DNA of 64,000 bases from Clostridia bacterium (GCA_034003745.1 JAVEYA010000001.1:43-64042); one strand, 5' to 3'. Counted from the first letter of the stretch, positions 1 to 8,423 are shown. Numbers and translations: made by a program. The notes: generated from the letters alone by a model not told the origin.

Positions 1-316
1 GGCCAATAAAGGCGATGTTCTCCTTTTTACGTATAAACTCGCAGGCGCCCAAATGGTAAATGGTCTGCCGGTTTATGCTGGGCTGGTAATTGAAATTAAA
101 TTCCTCTATGGTTTTGCTCTGCGGGAATTTGGCCCGCTGCATACGTTTTTTGTTCCCATTGTTGGTCCGGTTCATTAATTCATCGTTAATCAATATCTCC
201 AGAAACTCCTGATAGGCCAGTTTCTCCCGGATGGCCTGCTCGATCCGCATATCCGCCGTCTTGATGATTCCGGAGAAATGCAGTTTTGTGAGCTTGTTCT
301 GTAAGGCGTCATTCAC
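1..316 (-). CDS. istB: IS21-family helper ATPase IstB, N-terminal part (runs off the left window edge)
   Basis: The minus-strand frame opens with GTG at 316. It translates VNDALQNKLTKLHFSGIIKTADMRIEQAIREKLAYQEFLEILINDELMNRTNNGNKKRMQRAKFPQSKTIEEFNFNYQPS..., an IstB-like N-terminus. It overlaps the istA stop (309) by 8 nt, as in IS21 operons. It is absent from the ORF track because it is open at the edge. Confidence 0.8.
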   Translation of the reverse strand, partial: MNDALQNKLTKLHFSGIIKTADMRIEQAIREKLAYQEFLEILINDELMNRTNNGNKKRMQRAKFPQSKTIEEFNFNYQPSINRQTIYHLGACEFIRKKENIAFIG

Positions 317-1790
317 GGCCGATCACCCCCAGGATGGTCATGTGCTGGTAATGGGACAAGTCCCTGGCAATATTAATCCCCGTGGCGGCATGATCTTCAG
401 CGATCTGCTTGTCATCGACAGGGAGACTGACCAGGCCGCGCTCACAGATCTTTTTGACCGTACCATAGGTGATGGACTCGTAGTAGAGCGCCCGACGGCA
501 GGCCTGGTCAATTACATGGTCGGCATAGTTTTTTCTTAAGGCCAGCACGCCGGAGATGTTGTGGTAAAGATATTTCCCTACCAGGCCTTTACGGCAGAAG
601 GCATAGAAGAATTCCAGGGCGTGAGGGCCGATTTGTTACATTTCTTTTTCCTGCCTGGACAGGATTTCTACCGTGGTAATATTCTTGGATTCGGGATAAT
701 GCTCGTTGTTTGTGATATGCTCGCCCTTCGATTCCCGGCGGAGGTTATGGAGGGCAATCTCTTCGTTTTTGTAGAACACTTTGATCAGACGGTTGATTTC
801 AATGACATCCACTTCGCAGCCGATATAGGCGTACGGGACAGAATAGTAGTTACCCCCATAGGCGATATGGCAATTGGGATGGACAATTGCCCGGGCCGTT
901 TTGGAAAAGACGAAATCTTCCTGGGGCAGTTTTTGCAGTTTAGGCTTCTCCGCCTCTTCAAACAACTGGGCCGGCACCTTCTTGATGGTACCATGGAGAC
1001 GTTTGTTGGCTGTCTCGTTCAGCCAATGAGACAGGAAGGCCCTTGCTTCCTCTATATCCTCAAAGTCCCGGCCTTTAAAGCAGTTGTCTTTGACATACTT
1101 CACAGTGGACTCCACTTTGCCTTTGTCGGTCGGCGTATAGACCCGGCAGGGCTGGGCGTAGAACCCGTAATGGGCGGCAAAAGCCGCATAGGTACGCTGT
1201 AGGACCGGTTCATAAAAGTCCGCCTCTACCACGGCGGCCTTCAGGTTATCGATTTTTACGGTTTCCGGTACTCCTCCAAAGAAGTGAAATGCTTCAATAT
1301 GACATTGGATAAAGGATTTTACGGACTGGTCAAACGCAATGCTCACGTACATATACCTTGAATAGCTAAGTACCATAACGAAAATCCAAGCCTTTTTCGG
1401 CTTCCCGTTAACTTTGATGGTCCCGATGTACCCGTAATCCACTTGGGCTTCTTCGCCGGGTAAGGCCATTAGGACCATGTACGCTTTAGGGGTAGTGGCC
1501 AGGAGTTTTCTGGCATAGTCTTTGACTGTGGTATAACTCCCCTTGTAATTGAACTCGTTGACTAAATCTTGATAAATCCGTTGCCTTGACAATCCTTTGT
1601 TGAGCTGAATCTCAATAAACTCCCGGTATTCATCCAATATGGACGGATGCGGCTTTTTGATTAGTTGTTCTTCCCCCCTTTCTTCGCTTTGGATGACTTT
1701 GCGTACTGTGTTCCTGCTGACCCCAAGGGTCCTGGCGATATTCGCCTTGCTGTACCCCTTTTTGTACAGCGATTTGATGGTTGTTTGCAT
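309..1790 (-). pseudogene. istA: IS21-family transposase IstA interrupted by an in-frame TAA (636-638)
   Basis: ORF 636..1841 has an HTH N-terminus (MQTTIKSLYKKGYSKANIARTLGVSRNTVRKV) and a DDE core. The likely start is the ATG at 1790, after GGAGG. ORF 309..548 is in the same frame (1841-548 = 1293 = 3 x 431). The 29 codons between them read QIGPHALEFFYAFCRKGLVGKYLYHNISG with no further stop. The whole stretch is therefore one istA-length frame (about 494 codons from the 1790 start) broken by a single TAA. Confidence 0.8.
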
Positions 1791-1907
1791 CGCTACCTCC
1801 AGCATAAAAAAATTTCCCCTTTCGGGGGAGTTACCAAGCAAATATTATATCTGATACCTGCTCAATTTTCTCCGCCGAAAGTGCACATTTTTATTATGCC
1901 GGTGACA

Positions 1908-2628
1908 CTTTGCTTTCCGGATTGGCGCCGCGACATAAATACACGCTGAACTTGCACTCCTGGCGAAGCTTCTCAAATTCATAGGTATGGATAATGTCAC
2001 CGTTGTTTTCAGAAACGCAGACCAGGCTGTCCTGGTCAAAGACGATCTCCTGGGGCATACCCCCCAGGTATCGGAAGCAGCGATGACAGGCTTGGACAAG
2101 TTCCGTGGCTTTAAATGGCCTGGATTGGGCTTCGGCGTATTTAAAGCGGGAGTGAGAGAGGACGAAAGCTGCAACATATACTTTTACCCGGTTGCCGTCA
2201 ATGTCCCGCATCCATTTCTCACCGAAATCGGCCTGGAGCTGTTGGCCCATCGGAAGTTCCGGGACTGCCTCATATTCTCTCGGGTGGACGGTCTTCTTAA
2301 TGTCATAGGTCTTCCGCAGGTCTTGGACAAAACGGCTGACGGTCCGTTCGCTGAATTCAGCGCTGTAATGCTCTTTCAGCCAGTCGCAGACCTGGGCGGA
2401 ACTCATCGTCGGATAGCATTTCAGCCACCGGAGGATTATGTTCTCATATGCGCCTAATACCTTTGTCTTGGAGATATTAGCGGAATTAGACTCGTATTCG
2501 TCCGCTTTCATATCCCAGTAACGGTCGACTGTGCGGCGATTGATACTCAACTGTTTCGCCACTGCGGTTTTCTTGAATCCCTTTTCTTTAAGTTGCTGAA
2601 TTTGACTGTACACACTGTATCCCTTCAT
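1908..2628 (-). pseudogene. istA: Second IS21-family transposase IstA, truncated by insertion of the inner IS
   Basis: ORF 1894..2628 begins MKGYSVYSQIQQLKEKGFKKTAVAKQLSINRRTVDRYW (HTH) followed by a DDE core. It ends ...YLCRGANPESK and then VSPA*. The expected IS21 continuation (..PESKGKVE..) is replaced by sequence from the inserted element at about 1907/1908. Confidence 0.75.
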
Positions 2629-2752
2629 TTCTTGCCGCCTCCAATCGCTGGCGTAATTTTACCAGACGAATGAAGAACGTGCATTTATTGGCGGAAAAGT
2701 GTGCACTTTGTGGCGAGAAAGTGTGTATTTCTACTGGCGGAAATCTGTGCAG
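1908..2752 (-). mobile_element. Left-end fragment of an outer IS21-family element, disrupted by the inner IS
   Basis: It consists of the truncated istA plus three spaced terminal repeats upstream of it: TGGCGGAAAAGTGTGCAC (2689-2706), TGGCGAGAAAGTGTGTAT (2711-2728) and TGGCGGAAATCTGTGCAG (2735-2752). Multiple transposase-binding repeats near the end are typical of IS21. The exact terminus is uncertain by about 10 bp. Confidence 0.6.
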
Positions 2753-2758
2753 TTTATT

Positions 2759-2956
2759 TTACCATTCACAAAATTCGACCTCGACGGTATATGGATTTTT
2801 ATCTCCTCGCATTTTAATGCCGTGAAAAATAATTTCGTCGATTAATTCCTTGGCATCAAGCAAATACTCTTTTTCGCTCAGAACGATATGCGCTCCGTAT
2901 ACATCACTCCGCAGGGATTCCATAAATATATCCCAGCCGCCGATAAAAATGTCCAT
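2759..2956 (-). CDS. Hypothetical 65-aa protein (weak barstar/immunity-like flavour; unsupported)
   Basis: The ORF ends 7 bp from the IS end. A motif (GGWDIFMESL...IVL...ELIDEII...VEVEF) loosely recalls barstar-like immunity proteins. There is no clear RBS, and its 5' end overlaps the start of the divergent ORF by 8 nt. Confidence 0.3.
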   Translation of the reverse strand: MDIFIGGWDIFMESLRSDVYGAHIVLSEKEYLLDAKELIDEIIFHGIKMRGDKNPYTVEVEFCEW

Positions 2957-3521
2957 AAATAAGTTGACCGAAAACCCTGAATTTGTCTTTGCAAAGCTGA
3001 ATTGTGGCCGCCCAGTAGCCTTGTTTGGCAGGGCTAAAGACGACCCTCGCTATAATGCTGAAACAGGCGCCTTTTCAGACGGACATCGTCTTGTCACAAG
3101 TCCTATCACAGCAGTCAAAGATGGAAAATACTATACCGAAAACACTATCTATAGACTTGACGAAAAAACGAAAAACGCAAAATTCCAAAAATGGTGCGAG
3201 GCAAATCAATATCAAAAAATTGGAATAAGCAGAGTACGGGAAAAAGAAGAACAGGGCGGTATGCTTCTTCGTCACATTTGCGAAAATTGCGGGAAAGATG
3301 AAATTTTAAGTTCTGAGGACGCTTATAAACTGGGATGGGACTACCCGCCCAAAATGGGAGATTTCACAATTATTTCACCGAGGACCTGTGGTGAGTGTGG
3401 CATAGAGACGACTCTCTGGTGGGAAATTACGTGCAACAAGACCCCTGTAGAACAACTAAGCGAAAAGCATCGGCAGACGCTTCAGCGGATTCTGACTGAG
3501 CCCGAGAGCATATTCCCATAA
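2949..3521 (+). CDS. Hypothetical protein with a C-terminal CxxC...CxxC zinc-ribbon-like module
   Basis: I chose the ATG at 2949 (MSINKLTENPEF...) over the 2850 start of the track. The C-terminus reads CENCGKDEIL...GWDYPPKMGDFTIISPRTCGECGIETTLWW. I recognised no family. Confidence 0.5.
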   Translation: MSINKLTENPEFVFAKLNCGRPVALFGRAKDDPRYNAETGAFSDGHRLVTSPITAVKDGKYYTENTIYRLDEKTKNAKFQKWCEANQYQKIGISRVREKEEQGGMLLRHICENCGKDEILSSEDAYKLGWDYPPKMGDFTIISPRTCGECGIETTLWWEITCNKTPVEQLSEKHRQTLQRILTEPESIFP

Positions 3522-3633
3522 AAAGCTTAAAAAAAGCAAAGCTTGATGTCTGCATCTACCTGAAACAGGCGATGGCGGCGGGTAGTATAGCCTGCCTGTT
3601 GTATACTCATGGCATCAAAGGCAGATAATATTT

Positions 3634-3698
3634 CTATAAAAGAGGGTGCTGGACGCCAAAATCACTCAAGATTTCAACCGCCAGCACCCTCTTTATAG
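3634..3698. repeat. Long inverted repeat / hairpin in the convergent intergenic region
   Basis: AAAGAGGGTGCTGG (3639-3652) pairs perfectly with CCAGCACCCTCTTT (3681-3694) across a 28-nt loop. The stem extends by CTAT/ATAG with a 1-nt bulge. Confidence 0.7.
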
Positions 3699-3835
3699 CT
3701 TTTAGAATTCTTCCAACCCTTTCTACACAAGGCCTTTCAGACCTTACAAAAGATAGGACCCTAATTTTTTAGCGCCGCCTAGGCTGCTGTTAGCAAAATA
3801 GACCTATCTCTGTTTTTTCACATTAAGGAACACTT

Positions 3836-4057
3836 TTATTTTGCCAGCTTGTAAAGAATAAACTGGTTCAATGAAATACCCTCTTTTTTCGCATCCTCAA
3901 TAAGTTCTTTATGAAGTGATTTCGGTACACGGAGAGATATTTTTCCGTTGTATTCTGTCCGCCCCGCTATCTTTAAAAGTTCCAAGTCTTCGGCTTCCGG
4001 TTCGACTTCAGGAATTGCTTTCAGTTTTTTTTCAAATTCACTCATATTCATAATCAC
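3836..4057 (-). CDS. Type II antitoxin with a C-terminal ribbon-helix-helix (HicB/CopG-like)
   Basis: The C-terminus, ISLRVPKSLHKELIEDAKKEGISLNQFILYKLAK, is the usual RHH signature of HicB-family/CopG-like antitoxins. It lies 12 nt downstream of the toxin gene. Confidence 0.75.
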   Translation of the reverse strand: MIMNMSEFEKKLKAIPEVEPEAEDLELLKIAGRTEYNGKISLRVPKSLHKELIEDAKKEGISLNQFILYKLAK

Positions 4058-4069
4058 GGCCTCCTTCGC

Positions 4070-4318
4070 TTAAATATGCTTATAAAATTCTCCGCGTGGA
4101 TGTATAGCTTCAACAAGTATGATATTATTATTGATATCAATTGAGAATCCTATGCGGTAATGCTCAATTTTGAGCCTGTATAAGTCAGTTCCTTTGATTT
4201 TTTGAATATCACCCTCTAATTCTTTAAGCCTATCAATCGCTTTTTCTAGCTTTGCTCTTGTGTTTGCGTCAGCCTTTTTGAGATACTTTTTGGGTTGTCT
4301 ACCGTATTCAATCTTCAT
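4070..4318 (-). CDS. RelE/ParE-family type II toxin (mRNA interferase)
   Basis: MKIEYGRQPKKYLKKADANTRAKLEKAIDRLKELEGDIQKIKGTDLYRLKIEHYRIGFSIDINNNIILVEAIHPRGEFYKHI matches the RelE/StbE pattern (..LYRLRiGdYRiiy.i....i.v..i.hRge.Y). I chose the internal ATG at 4318, not 4378. Confidence 0.8.
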   Translation of the reverse strand: MKIEYGRQPKKYLKKADANTRAKLEKAIDRLKELEGDIQKIKGTDLYRLKIEHYRIGFSIDINNNIILVEAIHPRGEFYKHI

Positions 4319-4340
4319 TGAGTTACCTCGTATTGTCTTT

Positions 4341-4378
4341 GTATATAATATATTATGTAGTATTATATACTCTGTCAA
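4341..4378 (-). promoter_or_regulatory. TA-module promoter with palindromic operator
   Basis: On the minus strand: TTGACA (4373-4378), 17 nt, then TAATAT. A perfect 10-bp inverted repeat, GTATATAATA (4341-4350) / TATTATATAC (4361-4370), overlaps the -10 region. Confidence 0.6.
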
Positions 4379-4854
4379 TTATTTTTTCGTTTCTCTTTTT
4401 GTATTTGTTTTCTTAGCTTGTCTACTGCTTTCTCATACGTTGCCTTGTTGATTTCCCACGTTCGTATAAAATTTGTATAAGCGCCTTAACTATATGCAAT
4501 CATACAATCGTCCTCCTAAAAAAACTAATTATAATTATGTCATTTTAATAATAGCAATAAATATAACGGCTGTAATATACGTTGTATACGAAACATACAC
4601 TAACACGACCGCGTTGAAGGTAATATACAATATATTGATGTTTTATGCGAAATTATTCACGATAATTACTATATGTAGATTTTTGCAGCTTCCATATTTG
4701 AAACAATTTAATCATTACCACAATCCACGTAATCCCTTATAATAGATATTTTTGGAACTTTTGTATGCTCTTTATCCTCTGTATATCCAAAAGCACATTT
4801 CGTGTCAAAAATGCAAAATAATGCCTTCCGTTACAAAGTGCAAATCTATAAAGA

Positions 4855-4905
4855 AAGGGTATTATCACTCAAAACTATCAAGAGATAATACCCTTACTTT
4901 TTTAT
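4855..4905. terminator. Bidirectional intrinsic terminator downstream of ppdK
   Basis: AAGGGTATTATC (4855-4866) pairs with GATAATACCCTT (4884-4895). The stem is followed on the plus strand by ACTTTTTTATT and preceded by TATAAAGAAA, which gives a T-rich tail on the minus strand. Confidence 0.7.
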
Positions 4906-4943
4906 TACTCTATACCCTCAAACCCTTGATATACAAAGGCTTT

Positions 4944-7622
4944 TTACCTCTGACCAACCGAACCCGAACCGCCTTTTGATTGGTCTTTGTTGCTAATAGC
5001 CGCCTGGGCGGCGGCCAGCCGAGCGAGGGGGACCCTAAAGGGCGAGCAGCTGACATAGTCCAAGCCCAGGATGTGGCAGAATTCAACAGAATTGGGTTCA
5101 CCGCCATGTTCGCCGCAGATGCCTACTTCCAACTCAGGCTTCGTCGAGCGGCCGTTCTTGACGGCCAGCTCCATCATTTTGCCGACCCCTTTTCTGTCTA
5201 AAACGATAAAGGGATTATTCTTCAGGATTTTCTTATCGAGATAATCGTTCATGAATTTGCCCTCCGCATCGTCGCGGGAGAAGCCCAACGTGGTCTGGGT
5301 CAGGTCGTTCGTGCCGAAGGAGAAGAAATCAGCGGCCTCGGCGATTTCGTCGGCCGTTACGCAGGCCCGCGGCAGCTCAATCATGGTGCCCACCGTATAA
5401 GGAATCTTCACGCCGGTTTCCGCCATCACCTGAGCCGCCACATCTTCGACGTCTTTTCTAAGGAGGGTCAGCTCATTCTTATCGATGACCAGCGGAATTT
5501 CCACTTCCGGAATGACCTTATAGCCTTCTTTAATCAAGCGGGCGGAAGCCTGGAAGATGGCTCTTGATTGCATCCGGTAAATCTCCGGCCAGGAGACGCC
5601 CAGGCGACAGCCGCGATGTCCCAGCATGGGGTTGAATTCATGCAGAGAGCGGGCTTTGGTCAGGATTTTCTGCAGTTCCGCGATTTTGTGGTCTTCTTTT
5701 TGGGCTCTCAGTTCAGCAATCTCTACTGCCAGTTCCTCCACATTGGGCAAGAACTCATGCAGCGGCGGGTCCAGCAGGCGAATGGTCACAGGCAGGCTTT
5801 CCATCGCCTTTAATATGCCATAAAAGTCCTCTTCTTGTATCGGCAGCAGTTTGGCTAAAGCCTTTTCCCTGTCGGTGACGTTATCCGACATAATCATTTC
5901 CTGAACGATGGGCACGCGGTCCGGCGCCATAAACATATGCTCCGTGCGGCACAGGCCAATGCCTTCCGCCCCGAATTCCCGGGCCTTTTCCGCATCCGGC
6001 GGATTGTCCGCGTTGGCTCTGACTTTAAGCTTTTTGGTTTCATTGGCCCAATCTAATAATTGCTGGAATTCCCGGCTTAATTCCGGGTCAATCATCTTGA
6101 CTGTACCCAGCATCACTTTGCCGGTGCTGCCGTCCAAAGAGATGATATCGCCTTCTTTGATAACCAAATCACCCACCCTGACCGTTCCGGATTCGTAATC
6201 AATCTTCAGAGCTTCACAGCCGCAGACACAGCATTTGCCCATACCGCGAGCTACTACAGCGGCGTGGGAAGTCATCCCGCCGCGGCTGGTGAGTATTCCC
6301 TGGGCGGCAACGATACCGTGGATATCATCCGGTGTAGTTTCGGTGCGGACCAGGAGGACTTTCTTACCCTCCTTGGCCAAATCCTCCGCCTTGTCGGCAT
6401 TGAGCACCACCTGGCCGGAAGCCGCGCCGGGAGAGGCCGGCAGGCCCGTAGCCACTACCTTGAGTTCACAAGAAGGGTCAATGCGGCGGTGCAGGAGCTG
6501 GTCCAAAGAAGCGGGTTCCACCCTCAAGAGGGCTTCTTCTTTGGTGATGATACCCTCCGCTACCATGTCTACCGCTATTTTGACCGCAGCGCTGGCTGTG
6601 CGTTTGCCGTTTCTGGTCTGCAGCATATACAGCCGGCCATGCTCGATGGTAAACTCGATATCCTGCACATCCCGGTAATGATTCTCCAGGACATGGCAGA
6701 TTTCATTAAACTGTTTAAAAACTTCCGGATTCTCCAGGGCCAGTTTCTCTATGGTCTGCGGCGTACGAATCCCTGCGACAACGTCTTCGCCCTGGGCATT
6801 CATCAAAAATTCACCGTAGAGCTTCTTCTCGCCCGTGGAGGGGTTGCGCGTAAAGGCCACGCCCGTGCCGGAATCATCGCCTTTGTTGCCGAAAACCATG
6901 GTTTGGACGTTAACTGCCGTCCCCAGATCAGCAGAAATATTATGGATTTTTCGGTAGACATCGGCACGCGGATTGAACCAGGAAGAAAAGACCGCCCGGA
7001 TGGCCATCAAGAGCTGTTCTTTCGGGTCCTGCGGGAAAGATTGCTCGGTGACGCGCTTGATAATCGTCTTATAGTCTTCAATCAGTTTTTCCAGAGCTTC
7101 CGGCGTGAGGTCCTTGTCCAGCTCCACATGGATTTCATGTTTTTTTCTTTCCAGCGCCGTTTCAAACTGGTAATGCTCCACGCCCATGACCACATCGCCG
7201 AACATCTGAATAAAGCGGCGGTAGCTGTCCAAGGCGAAACGCTTGTTATTCGTTTTTTTGATCAGGCCCTGGACTGTTTCATCATTGAGGCCAAGATTCA
7301 GAATTGTATCCATCATACCGGGCATAGACACCGGCGCGCCGGAGCGGACGGACACCAGGAGCGGGTCATTGACATCGCCGAATTTCTTGCCGGCCTGCTG
7401 CTCCACTTCTCCCATCTTGCCCCATAATTCTTCTTCCATTCCGGCGGGAAACTCTTTGCCTGCGGCAAAATATTGAATGCAGGTCTCAGTGGTAATGGTC
7501 AGGCCGGGAGGGACGGGAAGTCCGATATTGGTCATCTCCGCCAGATTTGCGCCCTTGCCGCCCAGCAGATTCTTCTTATCCGCACTACCTTCTTTAAACA
7601 AAAAAACATATTTGTTACTCAT
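4944..7622 (-). CDS. ppdK: Pyruvate, phosphate dikinase
   Basis: 892 aa. The N-terminus is MSNKYVFLFKEGSADKKNLLGGKGANLAEMTNIGLPVPPGLTITTE. It has the phosphohistidine region GGMTSHAAVVARG and a PEP-utilising C-terminal TIM barrel. Confidence 0.97.
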   Translation of the reverse strand: MSNKYVFLFKEGSADKKNLLGGKGANLAEMTNIGLPVPPGLTITTETCIQYFAAGKEFPAGMEEELWGKMGEVEQQAGKKFGDVNDPLLVSVRSGAPVSMPGMMDTILNLGLNDETVQGLIKKTNNKRFALDSYRRFIQMFGDVVMGVEHYQFETALERKKHEIHVELDKDLTPEALEKLIEDYKTIIKRVTEQSFPQDPKEQLLMAIRAVFSSWFNPRADVYRKIHNISADLGTAVNVQTMVFGNKGDDSGTGVAFTRNPSTGEKKLYGEFLMNAQGEDVVAGIRTPQTIEKLALENPEVFKQFNEICHVLENHYRDVQDIEFTIEHGRLYMLQTRNGKRTASAAVKIAVDMVAEGIITKEEALLRVEPASLDQLLHRRIDPSCELKVVATGLPASPGAASGQVVLNADKAEDLAKEGKKVLLVRTETTPDDIHGIVAAQGILTSRGGMTSHAAVVARGMGKCCVCGCEALKIDYESGTVRVGDLVIKEGDIISLDGSTGKVMLGTVKMIDPELSREFQQLLDWANETKKLKVRANADNPPDAEKAREFGAEGIGLCRTEHMFMAPDRVPIVQEMIMSDNVTDREKALAKLLPIQEEDFYGILKAMESLPVTIRLLDPPLHEFLPNVEELAVEIAELRAQKEDHKIAELQKILTKARSLHEFNPMLGHRGCRLGVSWPEIYRMQSRAIFQASARLIKEGYKVIPEVEIPLVIDKNELTLLRKDVEDVAAQVMAETGVKIPYTVGTMIELPRACVTADEIAEAADFFSFGTNDLTQTTLGFSRDDAEGKFMNDYLDKKILKNNPFIVLDRKGVGKMMELAVKNGRSTKPELEVGICGEHGGEPNSVEFCHILGLDYVSCSPFRVPLARLAAAQAAISNKDQSKGGSGSVGQR

Positions 7623-8395
7623 TTTTCTCCCCCCCTATAATAGATGTGTAAAATCTTATTGGCTGTCTCTTCAATGGCTTTATTGGACACATCAATCACC
7701 GGACAACCGATTCTATGCATAATTTCTTCCGCATATTCGATTTCCTGTAAAATTCTCGCCAAATCGGCATAATCGGCGTTAGGCGCCAATCCCAGCGCTT
7801 TCAAACGCTCCTGCCGGATAGGGGTTAATATCTCCGGTTTGACTGTCAAACCGATAATTTTACGCGGGTTCACCTTGAACAGTTCTTCGGGGGGCTTGAC
7901 CTCGGGCACCAACGGAATATTGGCCGCCTTAATTCTTTTATGGGCCAGATACATGCACAGCGGCGTTTTCGAGGCACGGGAGACGCCCACCAGGACTACG
8001 TCGGCAAAATTAATGCCGCGGGGGTCTTTTCCGTCATCATATTTAACGGCAAATTCAATGGCTTCAACGCGGCTGAAGTATTCCTCATCCAGCTTGTATA
8101 ACAAGCCCGGCTCTAATCTCGGCTCTTTATGCGAAACCTTGGCGATAGCCTCCAGCATGGGCCCCAATATATCTACCACAACGATATTATGCTTTTGGGC
8201 AACAGCCAGCAAATGCTCCCTGAGCTGAGGCAATACCAGGGTAAAAGCCACCAGAGCTTTATCCTCTACAGCTTCGGCCAGCACCTGGTCAATATATTCT
8301 TTGTTATTAACATAAGGTATTCTCTTGATATCCACATGGCCGGAATTAAACTGGCTGGCTGCTGCCTTGACCACGAATTCCGCAGTCTCACCCAA
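7619..8395 (-). CDS. Pyruvate phosphate dikinase regulatory protein (PDRP, YqfL/DUF299 family); true start probably upstream of 8395
   Basis: The sequence ..SDSLGETAEFVVKAAASQFN.. and the P-loop VGVSRASKTP match B. subtilis YqfL. The stop overlaps the ppdK ATG (ATGA at 7619-7622). The conserved N-terminal residues PIIYVLSDS lie upstream of the first ATG/GTG/TTG (see finding). Confidence 0.9.
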   Translation of the reverse strand: MGETAEFVVKAAASQFNSGHVDIKRIPYVNNKEYIDQVLAEAVEDKALVAFTLVLPQLREHLLAVAQKHNIVVVDILGPMLEAIAKVSHKEPRLEPGLLYKLDEEYFSRVEAIEFAVKYDDGKDPRGINFADVVLVGVSRASKTPLCMYLAHKRIKAANIPLVPEVKPPEELFKVNPRKIIGLTVKPEILTPIRQERLKALGLAPNADYADLARILQEIEYAEEIMHRIGCPVIDVSNKAIEETANKILHIYYRGGEK

Positions 8396-8423
8396 GGAGT
8401 CGGATAATACATAAATAATCGGG

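Larger units (their letters stand above)
1..1907 (-). mobile_element. IS21-family insertion sequence (inner copy); left end at 1907, right end outside the window
   Basis: It carries an istA-istB operon. In IS orientation the end reads TGTCACCGGCATAATAAAAATGTGCACTTTCGGCGGAG (reverse complement of 1870-1907). It starts with TGT and contains a GTGCAC-TTTCGGCGG motif related to the repeats at 2689-2752. The host reading frame (outer istA) breaks exactly here. Confidence 0.75.

Noticed and set aside
2689-2752. Three spaced 18-bp repeats that superficially resemble a tiny CRISPR-like array.
   Set aside because: There are only three copies. They are imperfect, spaced 22-24 bp centre to centre with 4-6 bp gaps, and sit directly at an IS21-family end. 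They fit IS21 multiple terminal transposase-binding repeats.
2850-2948. Longer 223-aa version of the 2949-3521 ORF, starting at 2850.
   Set aside because: The extension (MASSKYSFSLRTICAPYTSLRRDSINISQPPIK) has no RBS and lies fully antisense to the 2759-2956 ORF. The ATG at 2949 is the more conservative call. This is unresolved rather than disproved.
4473-4979. Plus-strand ORFs 4473-4742 (89 aa) and 4752-4979 (75 aa) in the AT-rich spacer.
   Set aside because: Neither has an RBS. Their composition is driven by AT-rich DNA (N/Y/I/K-rich). The second runs straight through the 4855-4895 terminator hairpin and into the ppdK 3' end.
6264-7427. A 387-aa plus-strand ORF antisense to ppdK. Similar long antisense ORFs lie at 20452-21255, 24112-24876, 36266-37384, 37871-38674, 43414-44385 and 50065-50940.
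   Set aside because: Each lies entirely inside, and opposite to, a gene with an unmistakable conserved product (PpdK, CNNM, PhoH, the cyclase, Ade, FeoB, DnaJ). Their translations are low-complexity (R/G/P/A-rich) with no recognisable motifs. This is the usual mirror-frame artefact of codon-biased genes.
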